40,319 nucleotides of DNA from assembly GCA_023898585.1 (NCBI GenBank), contig CP060229.1:205388-245706 (forward strand), read 5' to 3'. The stretch comes from Candidatus Nomurabacteria bacterium. GTDB lineage: Bacteria > Patescibacteriota > Minisyncoccia > Phycocordibacterales > UBA918. The notes beneath the pieces are model-generated. The model was not told the origin of the DNA, did not search any database, and was given only the letters and a program-made list of their open reading frames with translations. The translations under genes were made by a program, and so were the position numbers. This document shows, one piece after another, positions 33,657 to 40,319 of this stretch. Each line of letters opens with the position of its first letter. The stretch's first letter is position 1.

Positions 33657-34994
33657 TTATACCACTGTCTCACGCGCTACTTCGCCGACCTTGGCAAAGA
33701 GCCGATCGTACCGAGCGATCTCAGCCAAATCCTCCCCCGAGTGCTTGTTAGGGTTGTCAGACAGCTTCACCGTCGGCAGTCCATTAGCTTCAACAACTTT
33801 TATCACCATAGACAAAGTGTGAAATCCGGTGTCTTTCGGCAGGATGTCGTTGATGTTATTGGTCGCTCCGGTTCCCCACCCAAAAGTGAGCACACCCACT
33901 TGGTCGTGGAACTTTCGCCACAACTCAACCATACGATTAGGTGTCAGACCATCTGACGGGATGATCACTTTTTTCAGCGGGTCCTCACCGTTGTCGCGGA
34001 ACCATTCGACGATCTCTGGAATCGACTGTTCTTCCACCTTTGAATCGATTCGCACCCCTTTGGTAGCGACTGCAATCTCGCGCGACGCACCTTGAAGGAA
34101 CGCGGTCGTTCGATAAGTATCAGGTAACAAGATTGCAAGCTCCGGATAAAAACGGTTCCATCTCTCTACCACATCGTAGGGCGAACGTTTGATCCATTCA
34201 TCTGAGTTGCCATTTAATGTTGACCAGACCATTGGAAGTTCATGCGCATTAGTGCCCCTCGGATTGTTTTGTCCGGTCTTAAAAGCCAACCAGACATTGG
34301 AAGGAGCAATGCACTGCTTTGGCAACAACTCATCAAATACTTCCTGTACGATCACTTCCCACATTCTTGAATGACGCCGACGATGTCCAAACTGTGCAAA
34401 TGTCAGTCCTGGGTGTTGTGCCAACTGCTTACTGTCACGCACGACACGTTGATAAAGCTCAGCGTAAAAAGTACTGAACTCAGCCCTGCTGATGCCACGC
34501 TTTTGCCACAGGTGCCAGTAATAGAGCTCGGAGATGATTGCCATCGCTGACGTTTCCCAGTTCATGACTGACAGCCACGAGCCATTGAACGACAGTTTGA
34601 TCTCTCCGCTAGGCAGATAAATCAGCTCATACTCGGTCAGATCGCGCCGTTTCAGCTCGTCGATAAACTCGATCGGGAAGAGTGCCCGCTTCTTACCGTC
34701 AACTTGTTCAACAGTCATTCCGCTGAGTTGAGACAACTCAGTCTCGGTGTATTGTAGTTTCATGAGTACATCCAACTGTTCGCGCAGTGCTTCCTCAGGT
34801 ATGACCATGCCCAACTTTACACCCTTGGTTCGCATAGTCAGTTTGAACTTCACCGGAACGTCGGCCATACCTTCTCTCCAGATGAACTGACCCATAACAA
34901 ACTTATATATGTCTACATCCAGTCGCGAGGTAATGATAGCATCGCCATCGCTGTTGGCTGGAGCAAAGATTTTACGTGGACTTATGAATGTCAT
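33657..34994 (-). CDS. pncB: Nicotinate phosphoribosyltransferase
   Basis: 445 aa. N-terminal ..DVDIYKFVMGQF.. (TDxYKxxM-type), ..FGWGTGATNN.. and ..VKLSDNPNKHSG.. match NAPRTase family patterns. Strong SD gaggagg. Confidence 0.85.
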   Translation of the reverse strand: MTFISPRKIFAPANSDGDAIITSRLDVDIYKFVMGQFIWREGMADVPVKFKLTMRTKGVKLGMVIPEEALREQLDVLMKLQYTETELSQLSGMTVEQVDGKKRALFPIEFIDELKRRDLTEYELIYLPSGEIKLSFNGSWLSVMNWETSAMAIISELYYWHLWQKRGISRAEFSTFYAELYQRVVRDSKQLAQHPGLTFAQFGHRRRHSRMWEVIVQEVFDELLPKQCIAPSNVWLAFKTGQNNPRGTNAHELPMVWSTLNGNSDEWIKRSPYDVVERWNRFYPELAILLPDTYRTTAFLQGASREIAVATKGVRIDSKVEEQSIPEIVEWFRDNGEDPLKKVIIPSDGLTPNRMVELWRKFHDQVGVLTFGWGTGATNNINDILPKDTGFHTLSMVIKVVEANGLPTVKLSDNPNKHSGEDLAEIARYDRLFAKVGEVARETVV

Positions 34995-35072
34995 GAGACA
35001 CCTCCTCTAAAACATAATTTGTTTAGTTGGTTAGATTTCAAAGATCAATTTACTTTGTGTGTATCTAACAAT

Positions 35073-35101
35073 ATCCTATACATTTCGTTTGTTGTTGTCA
35101 A
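35073..35101 (-). promoter_or_regulatory. Candidate pncB promoter (-35 TTGACA, 17-nt spacer, -10 TAGGAT)
   Basis: Read on the minus strand. The -35 hexamer is the terminal part of motif copy e. Confidence 0.5.
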
Positions 35102-35114
35102 TGGTACACTAAGT
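35096..35114 (+). promoter_or_regulatory. Island motif copy e, candidate NrtR box overlapping the pncB -35
   Basis: tgtcaatggtacactaagt. Confidence 0.6.
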
Positions 35115-35160
35115 AAAGGGTGATTTTTTTGCTTTTGTTCTATATTCATTCTCTGTCCTC

Positions 35161-35832
35161 TTACGCAAACAACTCTAATTCGAGCAGGTTTTTGCTTGTG
35201 AACTCATGTAAAGATGCAGGGCGGTTTTTAACGCCTTCTTGCATCGTACCAGTGTCTTTAACAATATCGAGTGATAATACTTTTTTGCGAAAGTTTCTTT
35301 TATCAAATTTTCTACGCAGAACAATCTCATATACTGACTGCAATTCAGAGAGCGTGAAATGTCTCGGCAATAGATATTGAGCAATTGTGGTATATGATAG
35401 TTTTCCTTGTAGACGTCTTACTGCCATGTTAAGCATATCGTCATGATCATAGGCTAAATTCTTAAGCTCTCTCACTGGAACGAACAGTGCCTTTTCGTGA
35501 GTATACGTCGCCACCACATCAGGGCGAACCAGGCCGATGTATGCTACGGAAACTACCCTATTTCTCCTGTCCCTCTTCACCGCACTAAAAGTATACAATT
35601 GTTCTGTATAAACCTGTTTGAGTCCTCCCTTCTCCGACAAGATCCGATCGCAGGTTTCTTCGGCAGTCTCCTTGGAGTCAACTATTCCCCCTAAAAAACC
35701 GAGTACATTTACGTAGTGAGGGGGACGGTTCACTGGTGCAACAAGTGCGTACAACTCTTCGTCAACAAAACCAAACACAACAACATCTACTGCCATAGCA
35801 GCAAAACGTAATTTCTCCGGGGCTTTTTTCAC
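35161..35832 (-). CDS. nrtR: NrtR-type Nudix-related transcriptional regulator
   Basis: N-terminal Nudix fold with a degenerate Nudix box (GIVDSKETAEETCDRILSEKGGL). The C-terminal wHTH segment ..FTLSELQSVYEIVLRRKFDKRNFRKKV.. is characteristic of NrtR. The ORF-track start is GTG, and an internal ATG (M13, 35796) is an alternative start. Confidence 0.8.
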   Translation of the reverse strand: MKKAPEKLRFAAMAVDVVVFGFVDEELYALVAPVNRPPHYVNVLGFLGGIVDSKETAEETCDRILSEKGGLKQVYTEQLYTFSAVKRDRRNRVVSVAYIGLVRPDVVATYTHEKALFVPVRELKNLAYDHDDMLNMAVRRLQGKLSYTTIAQYLLPRHFTLSELQSVYEIVLRRKFDKRNFRKKVLSLDIVKDTGTMQEGVKNRPASLHEFTSKNLLELELFA

Positions 35833-35833
35833 A

Positions 35834-35852
35834 TGTTAATTGTACACTGAGT
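35834..35852 (+). promoter_or_regulatory. Island motif copy f, candidate autoregulatory NrtR box abutting the nrtR start
   Basis: tgttaattgtacactgagt (one mismatch in the TAAGT part), beginning 2 nt from the GTG start. Confidence 0.55.
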
Positions 35853-35944
35853 CCTTTCGGTTTGACAACCTTTGATCGAAAATCAAGACTGGGCTTTCAA
35901 ACCAACTGGACATCTCCGTCGAGATAATAAAAGATTGTACCTAA

Positions 35945-36538
35945 CTATTCAAAATCAGAATTGGTCACTGTGCCGTAATCAACCAGTAATTGACCGCAGG
36001 CCATGGAATAAGAAAGTGATTCGTTATCCTGTCTAGTAATTTCTCTCAAACAAACAAGGCCTGGAGTCTGTGCGCTTTGCCAACCTCGAACAGAACTCAT
36101 ATCTGTAGGGTGATCTGCGTCATTAGCTAGAGCCGGCTCAAAGATATTCTCAAGAAAAAAATTATCAAGTGTGTTTTCTAATTGATACAAGACGCCATCC
36201 TCCTTTCTTGTTAGATCTTGAACAGATAGGTCGTTCATTCTGATCTCAGTCCCCGAAACTTTGGCAATTCCGCTTACGTTAGCAAATCGCCAGTAAAATT
36301 GGTGGTTGGTTGGTTCAACTGAGTGAAGGTCTGGATAGCGATCTGTGAATCTTTTCAAAATATCACCTTCCAGTGTCTTAACAACCTTATCTTTAGTATC
36401 ACCTTCGGTCATCTCCTCTGACTTGTCTGACTTCGGATAATCACAAACTGAAACAACGTTATTTTGCTGTATCGCAAATTCATAATTTTTTTGAGACACG
36501 ATTCCCAACCAAAACCCCAAAAAATGGTAGAGTAACAA
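35945..36538 (-). CDS. Hypothetical protein. The N-terminus probably continues in another frame up to 36653 (frameshift at a homopolymer).
   Basis: The ORF begins with TTG inside a hydrophobic segment. An upstream 57-codon ORF (36480-36653, ATG start) ends in the same hydrophobic segment one frame away. Confidence 0.55.
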   Translation of the reverse strand: MLLYHFLGFWLGIVSQKNYEFAIQQNNVVSVCDYPKSDKSEEMTEGDTKDKVVKTLEGDILKRFTDRYPDLHSVEPTNHQFYWRFANVSGIAKVSGTEIRMNDLSVQDLTRKEDGVLYQLENTLDNFFLENIFEPALANDADHPTDMSSVRGWQSAQTPGLVCLREITRQDNESLSYSMACGQLLVDYGTVTNSDFE

Positions 36539-36667
36539 AAAGCGCCAAAGCCAAATACTTGGAAACCGGTGTAACCACCGTTAAAGGATAATACCAAGTC
36601 TCACTTTTAAACCCCTCTTCACGCACATCGGATTTAGTTTTTTCTGTGTTCATATTACCAAAGCTAC

Positions 36668-37714
36668 CTACCCCATCTCTTTCACCTTCTGCAGAGCGAC
36701 CACGTACATACTCTCCGCCCAGCCGAGCGGGGTGTTGTCGTTTGGTTTGTCGGTGTGTGAGTAATAAAGCTCCGGCACTTCTCCGTCTTGAGTCACGGCA
36801 TTCTTGGCTCGTCGCAGATAATAGTAAGCCTTTTCCTTATCCCCCCTCTCAGCGTAAATTATAGCCAGCCACGACAAACCAAAACACCACTCCGCCTCCT
36901 CACTATAACCGTCGATGTTGTTGTTGTAGTAACGGTCGAGTTTGTAGCGAATCACTCCCTTGTCTTTCACCAAGTGATACTCAACATTTTTCAAAATCTC
37001 TACGGTTTCCTCTTCGGTAGTCACCGCAAACGGATAGATGAGGGTAAGTAAAGCTAAGTCAGTAAACTTAGTGGTTGACTCTCTCGGGAGGAGAGCTCGA
37101 AGAGCACTTTCGCCACGCTCGATAGCTACGTCAGGCACTTCAAGCCAGTCCAACCGATTGGCTTTTTTCAACGCGGCCACCACGGAACCGATCGAGGAAG
37201 CGTGAACTTCCATGTTTTCTTCCCAGATTCCGTTATCATCGTCGTGCCAGTACTCAAGATTGACCAAGTAGTCGACTATCTTCTGTACCATTTCGCGCTC
37301 TTCATCAGTCTCAACCACACTGGCTCCCAACTCCTCGAGGGTAACGATAAGATTAAGTACCTCTCCGACTGCATCATTCTGGCTATTACCCCACTCTTCC
37401 CAATATTCTTCAAAAGTTTCCGGATTAAAGCGAGCATGAATATACTGCCAAGCATAGTGAGGTTTGTTTTCGATTGCCCAGTTGATCTTGTCTTTGTGTT
37501 TTACAAACACCGTCAGAAGGGCTTTCGCGGCATTTTGCACTGTCTTGATATCACCAGTTTCCAGAAAACCAAGAACGATGAAATAAATATCGCGCAACCA
37601 CGCTTTGTTATAAAAAGTATCATCGGAAGAAGCAGTGAAGACACCGGGCTTACCTTCCAGTTTTCGTATCACATCAAGGTGCTGTTTTATTTCGGCATCA
37701 AAATCAAAGGTCAT
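36668..37714 (-). CDS. Glycoside hydrolase family 15-like (glucoamylase-type six-hairpin) protein
   Basis: ..NKAWLRDIYF.. and ..IWEENMEVHASSIG.. resemble GH15 catalytic-region motifs. Confidence 0.7.
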   Translation of the reverse strand: MTFDFDAEIKQHLDVIRKLEGKPGVFTASSDDTFYNKAWLRDIYFIVLGFLETGDIKTVQNAAKALLTVFVKHKDKINWAIENKPHYAWQYIHARFNPETFEEYWEEWGNSQNDAVGEVLNLIVTLEELGASVVETDEEREMVQKIVDYLVNLEYWHDDDNGIWEENMEVHASSIGSVVAALKKANRLDWLEVPDVAIERGESALRALLPRESTTKFTDLALLTLIYPFAVTTEEETVEILKNVEYHLVKDKGVIRYKLDRYYNNNIDGYSEEAEWCFGLSWLAIIYAERGDKEKAYYYLRRAKNAVTQDGEVPELYYSHTDKPNDNTPLGWAESMYVVALQKVKEMG

Positions 37715-37747
37715 AAGAACAAAAGAACGAGAAATAACTTTTAAATA

Positions 37748-38122
37748 TTAGGTGGCTTCTTGCATATTGATCGCTGTGTAAATACGACTAAGTCGCTCGT
37801 ACTTTTTTACTGACATTGTCTCCCTTATTTTATTCAGTTCATCATTAAGCACCAAGGCGATACCTTTATCGTCTCCCTCGACAATCCCCTGAAAGTTTAT
37901 CTTTTTAGCGAGAAGAAGTGCCTTTATCCCTCTTTTAGTTTCAACATCAAGATCTTCATCGAGACCAAGCACATACGATTCACGTAGAGCCACTTCGTCA
38001 ACCACCATTTCTGATAGCATTTTTTCCATTTGAGGCCGAGCTTCCTCACGAACAGCCTCCCTGTCGTAACCAGAACCAATAGATTCAATAGACTCAGCTT
38101 GATTGGGTATTTTCTCACTCAT
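37748..38122 (-). CDS. Hypothetical protein (124 aa)
   Basis: ORF with the start taken at MSEKIPNQ. No family recognised. Confidence 0.5.
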   Translation of the reverse strand: MSEKIPNQAESIESIGSGYDREAVREEARPQMEKMLSEMVVDEVALRESYVLGLDEDLDVETKRGIKALLLAKKINFQGIVEGDDKGIALVLNDELNKIRETMSVKKYERLSRIYTAINMQEAT

Positions 38123-38297
38123 AAAAATATCCTTAGGAAATAATAATGATTGTAGCATGATATGATTTTTGTATGAATCCAGTTAGAGACCAAAGGGTTA
38201 CTGCGCCTAACAAGGATCAGGACTTGAAAATAATGCGTCGAACTTTTACAAACAAAATTAACCGAACGGAAATCAGAGATTTCCTGTCTCTAACTGG

Positions 38298-39005
38298 ATG
38301 AAAAAAGTCTTACTCGTACTCATTGTACTTTTGATCGCTCTAGGTGGAATATTTCACAAACAAATCATTGCCACAATTGATTTCTATCAGTATCAAAGAG
38401 AAAACGCTGATGTCTTTTCTCAGGCTACAATCAAATGGAAGCCAATTCCTTTTACTTCAACTGGTGAATCGGGAGTAACTGGTGATTCTCTCTCTTTTCA
38501 TTCACTTCGAATGCCGATAACTTTTCGTGCCACTAAAGGCGAGGGTGAAGATGCCTCATTTGCTTTTGGTGGAGCTCAATCTATAACTATCAATTATTCC
38601 AGTGCCGCATCCGACCTCTTTCGCATGTACAATTTTTCAGATGAAGACAAGAAAACTACCTGCGCTTTTCTTTCTCAAACTTCCGGCCGTGGCGCCTGCA
38701 CCTCGAACTACAATCTTTACCGTGCCTTTCTAGAGCTAAACAAAACCGACATCCACATTTTCACCAGCATCACCAACAAACAGCTATACAACCGCTTAAT
38801 GGAGATACGTGCCGGACACATACCAAGCAACACGGTTTCCGGTTTTGAAACCAGTGGTTTGCGAGGATTTATTTTTACCGATAATAGTGGCGACTACACT
38901 GTGGAGCTTTTTGATTCAGAAGATCAACAATACCACCTCGAACTAGTTAACCTAGATCTGGCAGAAATGTCATTTGTACTCAGCAACATTACTTACAACA
39001 AGTAA
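38298..39005 (+). CDS. Hypothetical membrane-anchored protein (235 aa)
   Basis: N-terminal TM/signal anchor MKKVLLVLIVLLIALGGIF. No family recognised. Confidence 0.6.
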   Translation: MKKVLLVLIVLLIALGGIFHKQIIATIDFYQYQRENADVFSQATIKWKPIPFTSTGESGVTGDSLSFHSLRMPITFRATKGEGEDASFAFGGAQSITINYSSAASDLFRMYNFSDEDKKTTCAFLSQTSGRGACTSNYNLYRAFLELNKTDIHIFTSITNKQLYNRLMEIRAGHIPSNTVSGFETSGLRGFIFTDNSGDYTVELFDSEDQQYHLELVNLDLAEMSFVLSNITYNK

Positions 39006-39112
39006 GTATTCGATGGTAATCCATTCTATTAACTTGCTTGCATATACCTTAAGCAGAAAGTAACATAATGGGCATATAAATAGTTAGCTAAAGTATTCGA
39101 TAACAAATTTGT

Positions 39113-40102
39113 ATGGGCTTAGAAAATATTTCAGACAATTCGAACGAGGGAGGCGGTAGGGAAAAAGAAAACGTCGATCCAGAAGTCATCGCCTGGCATG
39201 AGCAGGAAGTAAACAAATCCAAACATCAGTTAGAAGAAATATGTGAAAGGATAAGAAAAAAACTGGCTGAAATAGAAAAATCGATTGCCTCTAACGAGAT
39301 AACTCATGACACATGGGAAGAGATCCGAGACCTGCTACGGACTCTAGAAACTGCCGAATTCCAGAAAGGTTCATACGAGCAGGTACTGCGTGCCGCATCC
39401 GAAGCTGGAGTGGATGTCTCCAACCAGGAAGATTTTTCTACGTTAGTTTCTGAACTTAGGGAAAGATTGACCAAGTGCAACGAAAAAGTTTTTACCACGC
39501 AAGACATCACAAAAATGAAAAAATACCAAACTGACAGTCGAAATTATGAAGCTGGCTTGAAGTTCTTAGGCGAGTTGATGAGACTAGAATCAGCAGTTGG
39601 AATAGGTTTGGATTTAAAATCAACTGAGGAGTGGAAGAAATTATCAGAAAGATTACAATGGTTAGAAGATAAGTTTGGATCAGGAGGCCTTGAGAACATA
39701 GACTTTACAGATCTACTAGATAGAATACCTCTACAAGCTGGACCCGATACTATTGGCGGAAATGAAGGCCGACCAAATGTACAACTGATGCAAGAGAAGA
39801 TAAACTCTGCCAAGTTCGAAGAGTTGAGAAAAATAATTGAAGACGGGCTCAAGGATCCGGGTGAGACAATCGATAGAGAAAAAGGCACCGAAGATTTGGC
39901 AGATAGCTACGCTGTTTTAGGGCTCCCGATCGATACCAAGGATGAAGTCCTGATCAAAGAAACTTACCGTAGACTATTAAGTAAAAATCATCCAGATAAG
40001 CAAACAGATGCTTCAGAGGAAGAGCAAAAAGTAGCAGCCAGTAAAACTTACGAGACAAGAAAAGCATACGAAACAATCAGGGAACATCTCGACTTTACTT
40101 AA
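39113..40102 (+). CDS. J-domain (DnaJ-like) protein with an N-terminal coiled-coil region
   Basis: C-terminal ..DSYAVLGLPIDTKDEVLIKETYRRLLSKNHPDK.. carries the HPD motif. The N-terminal ~260 aa are charged and helical. Confidence 0.75.
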   Translation: MGLENISDNSNEGGGREKENVDPEVIAWHEQEVNKSKHQLEEICERIRKKLAEIEKSIASNEITHDTWEEIRDLLRTLETAEFQKGSYEQVLRAASEAGVDVSNQEDFSTLVSELRERLTKCNEKVFTTQDITKMKKYQTDSRNYEAGLKFLGELMRLESAVGIGLDLKSTEEWKKLSERLQWLEDKFGSGGLENIDFTDLLDRIPLQAGPDTIGGNEGRPNVQLMQEKINSAKFEELRKIIEDGLKDPGETIDREKGTEDLADSYAVLGLPIDTKDEVLIKETYRRLLSKNHPDKQTDASEEEQKVAASKTYETRKAYETIREHLDFT

Positions 40103-40199
40103 GAAACATATCTATAACTGAAGAAAGTTTTTGTCATGAAAGCACTCTTTGGTATTATATGGACTGCTTGAACCTGACGACAATCAAAAGGAGAAAACG

Positions 40200-40319
40200 A
40201 TGAATAGTATAACAACTGTTACTTCAAAAACCTTCGGGGACAAAATCATCGACGACACCGAAAAAGAGAGCGTTTCCTTTGGTGCAGGGTCCGTACCGGC
40301 CTCAAAACAACTGACCGTC
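40200..40319 (+). CDS. 5' end of an unidentified CDS (partial, runs off the window)
   Basis: ATG preceded by the SD aaaggag. The frame stays open to the window end (MNSITTVTSKTFGDKIIDD..). Confidence 0.45.
   Translation, partial: MNSITTVTSKTFGDKIIDDTEKESVSFGAGSVPASKQLTV

Noticed and set aside
33493-33822. 109-aa + strand ORF between the miniprotein gene and pncB
   Set aside because: It starts at a non-ATG codon and runs through the pncB terminator into the 3' end of pncB on the opposite strand. It has no SD, so it is most likely spurious.

Overview
The window is a bacterial chromosomal segment with a compact, moderately AT-rich backbone. The taxon cannot be fixed from sequence alone. The many small hypothetical or membrane proteins and the SD-less core genes would fit a small-genome lineage such as Patescibacteria/CPR, but this is unverified. 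The minus strand carries the str/S10/spc ribosomal-protein supercluster in canonical order: fusA, tuf, rpsJ, rplC-rplD-rplW, rplB, rpsS-rplV-rpsC-rplP-rpmC-rpsQ-rplN-rplX-rplE. The cluster is unusually fragmented by three accessory insertions with their own terminators: 3.8-9.3 kb between rplB and rpsS, 12.1-15.2 kb between rpsJ and rplC, and 16.9-17.9 kb between fusA and tuf. It is also cut off by terminators after rplE and upstream of fusA. The middle of the window holds housekeeping and miscellaneous genes: gdhA, a disulfide-oxidoreductase/DedA-VTT fusion, an HD hydrolase, a GIY-YIG protein and an ABC-F ATPase. The most interesting region is a GC-richer island with strong Shine-Dalgarno sites at about 28.2-35.9 kb. 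In it the NAD salvage genes (pncA-like nicotinamidase, pncB-like NAPRTase) and an NrtR-type Nudix regulator bracket a YegL/YegK/YegI-type (TerY-P-type) triad of vWA protein, PP2C phosphatase and atypical Ser/Thr kinase, plus a DnaJ-type zinc-finger miniprotein. Six copies of a conserved 19-nt motif, TGT-N6-TACACTAAGT (core TGT-N7-ACA, the geometry reported for NrtR operators), sit at the promoters of this island. This suggests the signalling triad is wired into an NAD/ADP-ribose-responsive regulon. Other observations are a terminator-like leader hairpin before rplC, long AT-rich hairpins in ribosomal-protein spacers, a nested inverted-repeat element overlapping the 3' end of the ABC-F gene, a secreted hyper-acidic repeat protein, a probable homopolymer frameshift, and a split between SD-less core genes and SD-bearing accessory genes. 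I found no rRNA, tRNA, CRISPR array, transposase or integrase.
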